Positions 1 to 8,090 of a DNA stretch of 20,163 bases are shown here, in pieces. This stretch comes from a virus. Lineage: Duplodnaviria > Heunggongvirae > Uroviricota > Caudoviricetes. Position 1 is the first letter of the stretch; every line of letters starts with the position of its first letter. A program made the position numbers and the translations under genes. Location of the stretch: IMG/VR virus record IMGVR_UViG_2718218396_000005; one strand, 5' to 3'. The notes under the pieces were generated by a model that was not told the DNA's origin, ran no database searches, and worked only from the letters and a program-made list of their open reading frames with translations.

Positions 1-199
1 ATCTACAAGTGCCTTTTTCTGTCAGCGGTTCTCCTTTCCAGCCAATGAGAACCGTCAGGCGCGCGCCCCGTGGCGGTAGCTGCAACTGACCATCTGCATC
101 ATCCAGCGTGATGGTGAGCTGGTCCGCCTCAAATCCCCGGTTGTCGGTCAGTGACAGGCTCATCAGGCGCTCTGCCACGCCTGACAGCGTTTTACCCTC
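1..199 (-). pseudogene. D: Tail protein D (P2 gpD / late control D family), distal part of a gene interrupted by IS629; runs off the left edge of the window
   Basis: Minus-strand translation read across the IS (1587->1510, then 196->1) gives MTDTTMQLLSQGTDHVKVPDFDILAE-GKTLSGRGRRLMSLSLTDNRGFEADQLTITLDDADGQLQLPPRGARLTVLIGWKGEPLTEKG. The SLTDxRGFEADQL.I.LDD.DG.LQLP.RGA...GWKG pattern is what I recall for gpD-family proteins. The frame is open to position 1. Confidence 0.6.
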
Positions 200-253
200 T
201 GAACCGCCCCGGGAATCCTGGAGACTAAACTCCCTGAGAAAGAGGTAAACAGG

Positions 254-580
254 ATGACTAAAAATACACGTTTTTCCCCCGAGGTCCGTCAACGGGCAGT
301 CCGTATGGTTCTGGAAAGTCAGGGCGAATATGACTCACAATGGGCGGCAATTTGTTCCATTGCCCCAAAGATTGGCTGTACACCAGAGACTCTGCGTGTG
401 TGGGTTCGTCAGCATGAGCGGGATACCGGGGGCGGTGATGGTGGACTCACCACCGCTGAACGTCAGCGTCTGAAAGAGCTGGAACGTGAAAATCGTGAAC
501 TGCGCCGCAGTAACGATATCCTTCGCCAGGCTTCCGCTTATTTTGCGAAGGCGGAGTTCGACCGCCTCTGGAAAAAATAA
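254..580 (+). CDS. IS629-like transposase OrfA (HTH / leucine-zipper DNA-binding subunit)
   Basis: 108-aa ORF from the track. GGAG-type RBS (AGAGG at 241-245) upstream. A6 run at 572-577 just before the stop is the likely -1 frameshift window for making the OrfAB fusion. Confidence 0.85.
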   Translation: MTKNTRFSPEVRQRAVRMVLESQGEYDSQWAAICSIAPKIGCTPETLRVWVRQHERDTGGGDGGLTTAERQRLKELERENRELRRSNDILRQASAYFAKAEFDRLWKK

Positions 581-1467
581 TGCCGCTGCTGGATAAGCTG
601 CGTGAGCAGTACGGGGTCGGACCGGTATGCAGTGAACTGCATATTGCCCCGTCAACGTATTACCACTGTCAGCAACAGCGACATCATCCGGATAAACGCA
701 GTGCCCGTGCGCAGCGCGATGACTGGCTGAAGAGAGAGATACAGCGCGTATACGATGAAAATCATCAGGTGTACGGTGTGCGTAAAGTCTGGCGCCAGTT
801 GTTACGCGAAGGTATCAGGGTGGCCAGATGTACAGTGGCGCGCCTCATGGCGGTTATGGGACTTGCCGGTGTTCTCCGGGGTAAAAAGGTCCGTACTACC
901 GTCAGCCGGAAAGCCGTTTCCGCAGGCGACCGCGTAAACCGTCAGTTCGTGGCAGAACGTCCTGACCAGCTGTGGGTGGCTGATTTTACTTACGTCAGCA
1001 CATGGCAGGGCTTCGTCTATGTGGCGTTCATCATTGATGTGTTTTCCGGATGTATCGTGGGGTGGCGAGTCTCATCGTCTATGGAAACGACATTCGTGCT
1101 GGATGCACTGGAGCAGGCGTTGTGGGCCCGTCGGCCGTCCGGCACAGTCCATCACAGTGATAAAGGTTCTCAGTATGTATCACTGGCCTATACGGAGCGA
1201 CTAAAAGAAGCAAAACTGCTGGCATCAACAGGGAGTACAGGTGACTCGTATGACAACGCGATGGCGGAGAGCATCAATGGTCTTTACAAAGCGGAGGTAA
1301 TACACCGTAAGAGCTGGAAAAACCGTGCAGAAGTGGAACTGGCCACACTCACGTGGGTGGACTGGTATAACAATCGACGATTGCTGGGAAGGCTGGGTCA
1401 TATCCCTCCGGCAGAAGCAGAAAAAGCTTATTATGCTTCCATCAGAAACGATGATCTGGCAGCCTGA
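580..1467 (+). CDS. IS629-like transposase OrfB (DDE integrase-type catalytic subunit)
   Basis: 295-aa ORF in the -1 frame relative to orfA, overlapping its stop (ATAATG). Contains the D...D...E region expected of an IS3-family catalytic core (..WVADFTYV.., ..HHSDKGSQY.., ..DNAMAESINGLYK..). Confidence 0.85.
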   Translation: MPLLDKLREQYGVGPVCSELHIAPSTYYHCQQQRHHPDKRSARAQRDDWLKREIQRVYDENHQVYGVRKVWRQLLREGIRVARCTVARLMAVMGLAGVLRGKKVRTTVSRKAVSAGDRVNRQFVAERPDQLWVADFTYVSTWQGFVYVAFIIDVFSGCIVGWRVSSSMETTFVLDALEQALWARRPSGTVHHSDKGSQYVSLAYTERLKEAKLLASTGSTGDSYDNAMAESINGLYKAEVIHRKSWKNRAEVELATLTWVDWYNNRRLLGRLGHIPPAEAEKAYYASIRNDDLAA

Positions 1468-1509
1468 GTTCACAGATAAAACACTCTCCAGGAAAACCGG
1501 GGCGGTTCA

Positions 1510-1587
1510 CTCCGCGAGAATATCAAAATCCGGCACTTTCACGTGGTCTGTGCCCTGACTGAGCAATTGCATGGTGGTGTCGGTCAT
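1510..1587 (-). pseudogene. D: Tail protein D, 5' fragment (start codon to IS629 insertion point)
   Basis: ATG at 1587-1585 on the minus strand, preceded by GGGAGG (reverse complement of 1594-1599) at 6-nt spacing. The frame runs without a stop into the IS right end at 1509 and resumes in the same frame at 196 once one copy of the CTC duplication is removed. Confidence 0.6.
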
Positions 1588-1745
1588 CTGTTCCCTCCCT
1601 GTGCGGCATGGTCGCATGTGCGTGCGGAGGGGGTTACTGCTTTTTGTTGTCGCCGTGGCGGGATGAACGGCGCAGGGGTGAGATTACGCGAGTGGTGGGT
1701 GATGATTGTTGCCGAATCATTTAACGGATACAAGGGGCTGAAGCT

Positions 1746-2930
1746 ATGAGTGAAACTCGTTTTCATGGTGCCCGTGTTACGGAAAGTACCGACCTGGTAA
1801 CAGCGATTAATGATGTTGATTCCAGTGTTATCGGTATCGTGGCAACGGCAGATGATGCGGACGCGGAGCTGTTCCCGCTGAACAAGCCCACACTGCTGAC
1901 CCGCGTCAATGACGTGCTGGGAAAATGCGGGACTACGGGGACGCTTTATCGTGCGCTTAAGGCTATCGCAGACCAGGTGAGCACAAAAGTGATCGTCGTT
2001 CGCGTGGCTGAACACAAAGAAGAAGGCGGTAAGACGCAGGATCAACTGGTTATCGGTGGTTCTGAATCTGACGGCAGCTATACGGGGATGTATGCGCTGC
2101 TTGTTGCAGAGCAGGATGAAAGCATCGGATACCGTCCGCGTATTCTGGCCGCGCCGGAGCTGGACACGGAGGCGGTAACAAAATCCCTGTGCGTGATTGC
2201 GGGTAAACTGCGCGCGTTTGTGTATGCCACATGTCATGGTTGTAACACGATGGCTGAGGCGATTACCTACCGCCAGAAATTCAACGAACGTGAGGTGATG
2301 CTCTTATGGCCTGACTTCATCGCCTACAACCTGAAAAGTGGCAAAAACGAAACGTTCCCCGCGCCTGCTTATGCGTGCGGCCTTCGTGCGTACATTGACC
2401 ATGAGCAGGGCTGGCACAAATCGCTGTCCAACGTTCCGGTTAAAAATGTGCTTGGGATGTCGAGGCATGTGTTCTGGTCGTTGCAGGCCGAAGACAGTGA
2501 TGCCAACAGCCTCAACAACAAAGAAATCACGACCATTATTCGTCGCAACGGGTTCCGCTTCTGGGGCAACCGCACACCGGAAACGAACGCCTACATCTTT
2601 GAGGTGTATACCCGAACCGCACAGGTGCTGGCTGATTCAATTGCGGAAGCGCAGTTTGAAACCATCGACAGTCCACTGACACCTGCGAACGTGAAGGATG
2701 TTATCAGTGCCATCAGGGCAAAACTGGATTCACTGGTTACTGCCGGGAAACTGATTGGCGCGGAGTGCTGGTATGACATCGAGGATAACAGCACCACGAA
2801 TTTACGTCAGGGGCGTGTGCGTATTCGCTACAAATATACGCCCGTTCCTCCGCTGGAAGACATGGAGCTTTACCAGTCGTTTACTGATGAATTCTTTGGT
2901 CCCGCATTTGCGGTGCTGGGAGGTGCCTGA
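1746..2930 (+). CDS. FI: Contractile tail sheath protein (P2 gpFI family)
   Basis: 394-aa ORF with AAGGGG RBS. Shares blocks I recall from P2 FI (ADDADAE.FPLNKP, LRAF.Y, WPDF, GLRA.ID.EQGWHK.LSNV, IRR.GFRFWGNRT, YTRTAQV.AD, YTPVPPLE). Stop overlaps the FII start (TGATG). Confidence 0.9.
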   Translation: MSETRFHGARVTESTDLVTAINDVDSSVIGIVATADDADAELFPLNKPTLLTRVNDVLGKCGTTGTLYRALKAIADQVSTKVIVVRVAEHKEEGGKTQDQLVIGGSESDGSYTGMYALLVAEQDESIGYRPRILAAPELDTEAVTKSLCVIAGKLRAFVYATCHGCNTMAEAITYRQKFNEREVMLLWPDFIAYNLKSGKNETFPAPAYACGLRAYIDHEQGWHKSLSNVPVKNVLGMSRHVFWSLQAEDSDANSLNNKEITTIIRRNGFRFWGNRTPETNAYIFEVYTRTAQVLADSIAEAQFETIDSPLTPANVKDVISAIRAKLDSLVTAGKLIGAECWYDIEDNSTTNLRQGRVRIRYKYTPVPPLEDMELYQSFTDEFFGPAFAVLGGA

Positions 2931-3442
2931 TGGCTGTACCAAAACATCTTCGCTTTTTTACGCTGTTTGTGGATGGTGAAAACGAAGTGGGTAAGGTGAC
3001 GTCCGTCACCCTGCCTAAACTGACGCGCAAAACCGACAGCTACCGGGGTGGTGGCATGATGGGTGCGGTAAGTATTGACCTCGGCCTGGACGACTCCGCG
3101 CTTGATGCGAGCTTTGTCATGGGGGGCGCAGTTCGTGAGCTGTTCCTGAAGTATGGCGGCACGATTGACGGCACGCTACTGCGTTTTGCGGGGGAATACT
3201 ACACCGATGATGAAAGCGACCTGTATGAAGTCGAAATGCGCGGACGTGTGACGGAAATTGATATGGGGGAAGCCAAACAGGGCGAAGCCACATCACACAC
3301 TTACGCCATTAAAAACACCTACTACAAGCTGAGTGTTAACGATCGCCCGTTGTGGGAGATTGACCTGCTGAACTTCATTTACCGGAAGGACGGCAAGGAC
3401 ATTGTGCCCGATCGCATCCGTTCCGCGCTTGGGCTTGGCTGA
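2930..3442 (+). CDS. FII: Tail tube protein (P2 gpFII family)
   Basis: 170-aa ORF translationally coupled to FI. Size and position (sheath then tube) fit contractile-tail operon order. Confidence 0.85.
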   Translation: MAVPKHLRFFTLFVDGENEVGKVTSVTLPKLTRKTDSYRGGGMMGAVSIDLGLDDSALDASFVMGGAVRELFLKYGGTIDGTLLRFAGEYYTDDESDLYEVEMRGRVTEIDMGEAKQGEATSHTYAIKNTYYKLSVNDRPLWEIDLLNFIYRKDGKDIVPDRIRSALGLG

Positions 3443-3496
3443 TAAGTAATATGCAGGCGGCGCAGTGCGTCGCCTCTGACTGAAAGGAGTTTCCTG

Positions 3497-3862
3497 ATGA
3501 AAGAGACGAAAAACATCGATACCGAAAACACGGTAGTTACTGACACTGTGAAAGAAACCAGTGAGCGTGGTGTAAAACTTACCCAACCAATTGAGCGAGG
3601 CGGCGAAAAAATCACGTATGTGGAGATCACCGGGGCTATTGAGCAGGCTGGATCTCTGCGAGATTTGTCGCTGTCTGATGTGCTGAATCTGAAAGCGGAA
3701 TCCATGTTTACGCTGCTGTCACGCGTGACATCACCGCGACTGGATGAAGTGACGATCAAAAAAATGGCATCCCGTGACTTTATTCAGTTATGTGTGGTTG
3801 CCGTAAATTTTTTGAGCGGTGCGGACTCTGGCGGGAAGAACGAACAGGCGACGGAAGCCTGA
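3497..3862 (+). CDS. E: Tail assembly chaperone E (zero-frame product)
   Basis: 121-aa ORF with AAGGAG RBS at 3484-3489. Lies between the tube and tape measure genes, as in P2 (E, E+E') and lambda (G, GT). Confidence 0.8.
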   Translation: MKETKNIDTENTVVTDTVKETSERGVKLTQPIERGGEKITYVEITGAIEQAGSLRDLSLSDVLNLKAESMFTLLSRVTSPRLDEVTIKKMASRDFIQLCVVAVNFLSGADSGGKNEQATEA

Positions 3863-4026
3863 TCACGGTTGTGTGCTTTGAGCACATAGAAGACTTTGTG
3901 GCAGATATTGCCGTTATTTTTAACTGGTCGCCCGCCGAAATCTTCATGATGACGCCCGGCGAAGTGGTTAGCTGGCGTGAGCGGGCGGCACTTCGCAGCG
4001 GGAATGCAGACAATGAAGACTCTTGA
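3497..4026 (+). CDS. Tail assembly chaperone E+E' made by programmed -1 ribosomal frameshift at 3808-3814
   Basis: Zero-frame codons AAT TTT TTG place the heptamer T TTT TTG at 3808-3814. After a -1 slip the reading continues ERCGLWREERTGDGSLITVVCFEHIEDFVADIAVIFNWSPAEIFMMTPGEVVSWRERAALRSGNADNEDS to the stop at 4024-4026, which is the 78-aa track ORF 3790..4026. Confidence 0.75.
3808..3814 (+). promoter_or_regulatory. Slippery heptamer T_TTT_TTG for the E/E' -1 frameshift
   Basis: X XXY YYZ motif in the E zero frame, with the -1 frame open downstream for 70 codons. Confidence 0.7.
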
Positions 4027-6103
4027 TATCCGGGTCGCTTTCAGCGCCGTTGACAGGCTGACCCGACCTGCCGAAAACGCACGCCGCCTGATGGGGCAGT
4101 TTGGTGACTCCATCCAGCGAACGCAGGGGGCGATCAAAAATCTCGAGCGTCAGGCGCGATCATTTGAGCGCGCCCGCGACGCTGTCAGTAAAGCGGATGC
4201 TGGCATCGTGAAAGCACGACGCCAGCTTAACGCCCTTAATCAGTTACAACGCACGGGTACAGTGCTCAGCGAAAAACAACAAAAGCTGATGCAGCAGTTA
4301 AGCACCCGGCTTGAACGCCTGAATGAATCGCGCACACGGGAAATTCAGAAAATGAGGGAACTTGGCGGAGAGCTGAAACGCCACGGCATTTCCCTGACAG
4401 GCAGCGATAACACCATTCAGCAGGCCATCAGACGCACCGAACAATACAACAACCAGCTTGAACGCGAACGGCAGGCGCTTGCGCGTGTAACGCAGGCGCG
4501 TGAGCGGTATTCGCACGCGCAGGAAACCGCGGGAAAACTGAAAACAGGTGGTGCGCTGGCAATTGGTGCGGCAGCGGCGGGCGGCTATGCTGCCGGGCGT
4601 TTTTTGCAGCCTGCGATCGGGTTCGGCAAAGAGATGTCCCGCGTTCAGGCACTGACGCGAATCGACAAAAACAGCCCGCAGTTTAAGGCGCTGCGTGAGC
4701 AGGCGTTAAAACTTGCTGAAACACAGTTTACTGCGAGTGATGCCGCCAGTGGGCAGAGCTTTCTGGCAATGGCTGGTTTTACTCCGCAGGCCATTCAGGC
4801 CGCATTGCCCGGTGTTCTTAATATGGCGCTGGCAGGTGGCGTCGAACTCGGCGAGACGGCTGATATAGGCTCCAATATCCTCACACAGTTCAACCTGACA
4901 GCCGATCAAATGGACCGGGTGGGCGATACGCTGACAGCAGCATTTACCCGGACCAATACTGATTTACGCGCGCTGGGCGAAACCATGAAGTATACCGGTC
5001 CGGTTGCCGCAAAACTTGGTATCAGTCTTGAAGAAGCGGCGGCCATGGCCGGGATGCTTGCCAATAATGGTCTTCGCGGAAGCGATGCTGGCACGGCCAT
5101 GCGCGCAAGTCTGTCCCGCCTTGCATCACCGCCAAAAGCTGCGGCTGATGCACTGAAAGAGCTGGGGGTGTCAGTTGCTGAGGCCAGAGGCAAAATGCGC
5201 CCGATGGAGGATGTGCTGCTTGATCTCTATAAGGCGACACAAAAATACGGACAGGTGGACCAGGTCTCCTTCTTCAAGGACATCGCCGGAGAAGAGGCGT
5301 TCGTTGGTTTGCAGACGCTTGTTGCGGCGGCTGGTTCAGGAGAGCTGCAAAAACTGACCAGAGAATTGCAGGGGGCAAGGGGAGAGGCCGATCGCGTCGC
5401 AAAAGTAATGGCTGATAATCTTGATGGGGACCTGAAAAATCTCGACAGCGCATGGGAAGGTCTTCGTATTCGCATCAGTGATCTGGTTGACGGTCCGCTG
5501 CGTTCTGTCACGCAGTGGCTCACGCGGGTGCTTGAAAAAATCACCTCGCTGGCGCAGGCCCATCCGGTACTGACGCGCCAGCTACTGATAGCAGGCGGTG
5601 CGTTGCTGGCAATGACTGCAACGATTGGCTCGTTGTCGCTGGTTATTGGGGTGCTTTACGGGAAGCTGGCCACCCTGCGTCTTGGTTTTGACATTCTTAC
5701 CCGGTCAATGAATGTCGTCAGGGTGTTACCTGCGCTATGGGGAATGGTGACGGGTTCCGTTTCTTTACTGGGAGGCGTTATCGGGGCGTTGTTCAGTCCG
5801 GTTGGTCTTATCGTGGCTGCGCTTGCCGGAGCTGCCGTTCTTATCTGGAAATACTGGGATCCTATCAGGGCTTTCTTTGCCGGGGTGTTCAGCGGGATTA
5901 TGGAAAGGCTGACCCCGTTGCGCGACACCTTTGAACGGTTTGGCCCTGTTTTTGACGTAATCGGAAGCGGTTCAGCCAGGTGTTTAACTGGTTTAAATCG
6001 CTGCTGTCACCGATGGAGTCCAGCAAGGAAACGCTGGATAAATGTACCAGTGCTGGCGAGGTATTCGGTAACGTTCTTGGTGGTGCGTTACAGCTTGTTC
6101 TGA
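4013..6103 (+). CDS. T: Tail tape measure protein (P2 gpT family), N-terminal and central part, ending prematurely after an apparent frameshift near 5956-5980
   Basis: Long ORF straight after E/E'. Coiled-coil-rich N-terminal third, alanine/glycine-rich central part and hydrophobic segments are typical of tape measure proteins. ATG 4013 (MKTLDIRV) is preferred over the track's GTG 3977 because it overlaps the E' end. The last 45 codons (RCLTGLNRCCHRWSP...) look like out-of-frame junk. Confidence 0.75.
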   Translation: MKTLDIRVAFSAVDRLTRPAENARRLMGQFGDSIQRTQGAIKNLERQARSFERARDAVSKADAGIVKARRQLNALNQLQRTGTVLSEKQQKLMQQLSTRLERLNESRTREIQKMRELGGELKRHGISLTGSDNTIQQAIRRTEQYNNQLERERQALARVTQARERYSHAQETAGKLKTGGALAIGAAAAGGYAAGRFLQPAIGFGKEMSRVQALTRIDKNSPQFKALREQALKLAETQFTASDAASGQSFLAMAGFTPQAIQAALPGVLNMALAGGVELGETADIGSNILTQFNLTADQMDRVGDTLTAAFTRTNTDLRALGETMKYTGPVAAKLGISLEEAAAMAGMLANNGLRGSDAGTAMRASLSRLASPPKAAADALKELGVSVAEARGKMRPMEDVLLDLYKATQKYGQVDQVSFFKDIAGEEAFVGLQTLVAAAGSGELQKLTRELQGARGEADRVAKVMADNLDGDLKNLDSAWEGLRIRISDLVDGPLRSVTQWLTRVLEKITSLAQAHPVLTRQLLIAGGALLAMTATIGSLSLVIGVLYGKLATLRLGFDILTRSMNVVRVLPALWGMVTGSVSLLGGVIGALFSPVGLIVAALAGAAVLIWKYWDPIRAFFAGVFSGIMERLTPLRDTFERFGPVFDVIGSGSARCLTGLNRCCHRWSPARKRWINVPVLARYSVTFLVVRYSLF

Positions 6104-6816
6104 CGCCTGCAAAAATGTTGCTGGATACGCTGGCGTGGATACTTGAAAAACTCGGTGTGCTTCCGGATGAAGCGGAAAGGGCGCGCAAGAAAATCGAAGA
6201 CGCACAACGTGCGGCCATTCTTCAGGACAAGGTTGCTCTGTTTCAGGGAGACATTGCGAAAATCAATCCGCCGAAGTCTGCGGGAAATAGCAATGGCACC
6301 GGAGATGATAAACCCAAAGACAACAAACCTCTCACAGACAGCAATACCGGCACGCTACGCAGACTCAGCAAAATTGCTGATAACACAGGTAAGCTGGTTG
6401 ATGAGACAAAAAAACGCATTGGCCCCGGCGATATTGTCTTTAAGAACCTGCCCCGCGCACTTGCTGTTCGTGGGGAGTGGCAGGAGCGGAAGATTGCGCA
6501 GGTCAGTAAGCCTGCCCCCGCAATTAATATCACACCCGTGGTCCCGGCTCCGCTGCCTCCGGCGCTGGTCCCTGTTGTTGCGGCCAGCTCCCGCCCGGTG
6601 GTGGAGGCCATACGATCGCCAGTGGCATCAGTTCCTGCAACTTCCCGTAACCGGGAGCCTGTTGCCTCCGGATTTGGCGGTGAAATTCATGTTCATCTGC
6701 ATAACGTTGTTACGCAGAATCCCCGCGAACTGGCGAAACTGGTCGGCGAAATGGTCAGGGCAGAAATGGAACGGCGCGCCCGTGCCAGGCGTGGCAGTTT
6801 TTACGATAAAGATTGA
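5956..6816 (+). CDS. T: Tail tape measure protein, C-terminal part in the +1 frame (continuation of gene T after the frameshift)
   Basis: This frame opens after a stop at 5953-5955 and reads ..SQVFNWFKSLLSPMESSKETL... to a stop at 6814-6816 immediately before the U gene. The track starts this ORF at GTG 5980. Confidence 0.65.
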   Translation, partial: RNRKRFSQVFNWFKSLLSPMESSKETLDKCTSAGEVFGNVLGGALQLVLTPAKMLLDTLAWILEKLGVLPDEAERARKKIEDAQRAAILQDKVALFQGDIAKINPPKSAGNSNGTGDDKPKDNKPLTDSNTGTLRRLSKIADNTGKLVDETKKRIGPGDIVFKNLPRALAVRGEWQERKIAQVSKPAPAINITPVVPAPLPPALVPVVAASSRPVVEAIRSPVASVPATSRNREPVASGFGGEIHVHLHNVVTQNPRELAKLVGEMVRAEMERRARARRGSFYDKD

Positions 6817-6828
6817 GGAGTCATGGCC

Positions 6829-7317
6829 ATGATGATGATCTACGGCATGTTTGTTTTTGAGCTGCGCACGTTGCCGCATCAGCAGTTACAGCAAAACAAA
6901 AGCTGGCGACATGTGAAAAATGAACGCGTTAACCGTTCAGCAAGCTGGCAGTATATCGGTGCAGGTGATGATCGCATCGTTCTTTCTGGTGTTCTTTATC
7001 CTGAGATTACTGGTGGCGAAGTGTCGCTGTCGTTGTTGACCACGCAGGCATATACAGGACGTCCTTGGCCTTTGATTGATGGCGTCGGGCAGATTTACGG
7101 CATGTATGTCCTGACCGGAACGAATACGACCCGCTCCGAGTTTGATCGCTACGGTAAGGCGAAAAAGATAGAATTTTCACTGACTCTTGAACGCTGTGAT
7201 GAGGATTTGCGGGAGCGCCTGCAATCCTCATCGTTCAGCGATATGCTGTCCGGCTTCAAAGATAAGGTGACATCATCCCTTAATAGCGCGGCCAGCTCAG
7301 TTAAGGGGCTGCTCTGA
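6829..7317 (+). CDS. U: Tail protein U (P2 gpU family)
   Basis: ORF 6823..7317 in the track. ATG 6829 is preferred because GAGGAG at 6815-6820 is 8 nt upstream. N-terminus MMMIYGMFVFELRTLPHQQLQ resembles what I recall of gpU, and it directly follows the tape measure gene. Confidence 0.8.
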   Translation: MMMIYGMFVFELRTLPHQQLQQNKSWRHVKNERVNRSASWQYIGAGDDRIVLSGVLYPEITGGEVSLSLLTTQAYTGRPWPLIDGVGQIYGMYVLTGTNTTRSEFDRYGKAKKIEFSLTLERCDEDLRERLQSSSFSDMLSGFKDKVTSSLNSAASSVKGLL

Positions 7318-7473
7318 TTTAACGTATGTCGCCAATTTCCTGATGAAGGTGACTGGCGACTTGCTGTTGTATGTCCTTCTCAGAAAATTGTTTTTGAATA
7401 ACAAATAACAGGATTTTATAATCTCTTAACCTTATAACATGTGTGGTCTGAAATAATAATTAAGGAGATTATC

Positions 7474-8046
7474 GTGCTATCTTACTTAATGGCAATTCAC
7501 TTTGTTTTATTTGGAAACTCTACTAATTTAAAAAACTTCTGGAAACATGAAGTAATTCGGCGGAAACGTATGGATATCTGGAGGCTTTTAAGAGAGAAAA
7601 AACAGCGTAACCGGAATTTCCTTTTCTGGTGGCGGTTGGCTAACGAAATGTATATTAATGGTAATAAATTACATAAGAAAGCAGCCAAAAAGTTAAACAG
7701 TAAAATAATTAACAAGTTTGGTTGTGAAATAGGATTGGGCGCAAATATTGGAAAAGGGTTGACAATTCCCCATCATGCTGGAATTGTTGTTCATTTTGCT
7801 GTTGATGCGGGTGAAAATCTGGTATTACGACAGAATACTACCATTGGACAGATAGATGGTGATATGCCTAGTTCAAGAGTAAAAATTGGTAGTAACGTTG
7901 ATATCGGAGCTAATTGTTGCATCATTGGATTATCACGTAAAATTGGGGATAATGTAAAAATAGGTGCAATGTCTTTTATAAATAAAGATATACCATCAAA
8001 CTGCACATATATAACTAAAAAGAGTGGTGTTGTATTGTATAAATAG
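7474..8046 (+). CDS. Hexapeptide-repeat (left-handed beta-helix) acyltransferase, serine O-acetyltransferase-like; low-GC cargo gene
   Basis: Strong RBS TAAGGAG at 7461-7467 with GTG 7474 at 6 nt (ATG 7489 is an alternative; the track's GTG 7441 would put the RBS inside the gene). Hexapeptide repeats IGLGANIGKGLTI / HHAGIVVHF / IGSNVDIGANCCIIG / IGDNVKIGAMSFI, and an N-terminal helical segment resembling CysE/WcaB-type acetyltransferases. Visibly AT-rich relative to the flanking tail genes. Confidence 0.75.
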   Translation: MLSYLMAIHFVLFGNSTNLKNFWKHEVIRRKRMDIWRLLREKKQRNRNFLFWWRLANEMYINGNKLHKKAAKKLNSKIINKFGCEIGLGANIGKGLTIPHHAGIVVHFAVDAGENLVLRQNTTIGQIDGDMPSSRVKIGSNVDIGANCCIIGLSRKIGDNVKIGAMSFINKDIPSNCTYITKKSGVVLYK

Positions 8047-8055
8047 AGTACATAA

Positions 8056-8090
8056 AGCCATCGATATTTCTGTCGATGGCTTTTTCTTTT
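8056..8090. terminator. Rho-independent terminator between the convergent acetyltransferase and tfa genes
   Basis: Perfect 8-bp stem GCCATCGA (8057-8064) / TCGATGGC (8073-8080) with an 8-nt loop, followed by TTTTTCTTTT (8081-8090). It starts 10 nt after the acetyltransferase stop and abuts the tfa stop codon. Confidence 0.65.

Larger units (their letters stand above)
200..1509 (+). mobile_element. IS3-family insertion sequence, IS629-like, complete copy (1310 bp) with 3-bp target site duplication CTC
   Basis: Ends are TGAACCGCCCCGG... (200-) and ...CCGGGGCGGTTCA (-1509), imperfect inverted repeats of about 25 bp. CTC at 197-199 is repeated at 1510-1512. Internal orfA/orfB pair in 0/-1 frames is typical of the IS3 family. 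The orfA product [33 protein letters not shown]... matches my memory of IS629/IS1203-type transposase OrfA. Confidence 0.8.

Noticed and set aside
200-1509. Identification as IS3 itself rather than IS629
   Set aside because: IS3 OrfA as I recall it begins MTKTVSTSKK..., whereas this OrfA begins [16 protein letters not shown]... and the element is 1310 bp with TGAACCGCCCC ends, which fits IS629/IS1203-type members.
1584-2237. 217-aa minus-strand ORF antisense to the tail sheath gene
   Set aside because: It lies entirely inside the well-supported FI coding region on the opposite strand and has a low-complexity, Arg/Cys-rich composition typical of antisense artefacts in GC-rich genes.
3977-4012. 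Upstream GTG start for the tape measure gene
   Set aside because: ATG 4013 overlaps the E' stop region in the usual coupled arrangement, while the GTG extension adds 12 codons inside E'. Kept only as an alternative.
5940-6000. Programmed ribosomal frameshift within the tape measure gene
   Set aside because: No slippery heptamer at the frame switch, and tape measure genes are not known to use one; a mutational or sequencing indel is the simpler explanation.
6143-6832. 229-aa plus-strand ORF in an alternative frame inside the tape measure gene
   Set aside because: It overlaps the tape measure C-terminal frame, which has a coherent sequence; Arg-rich out-of-frame artefact.
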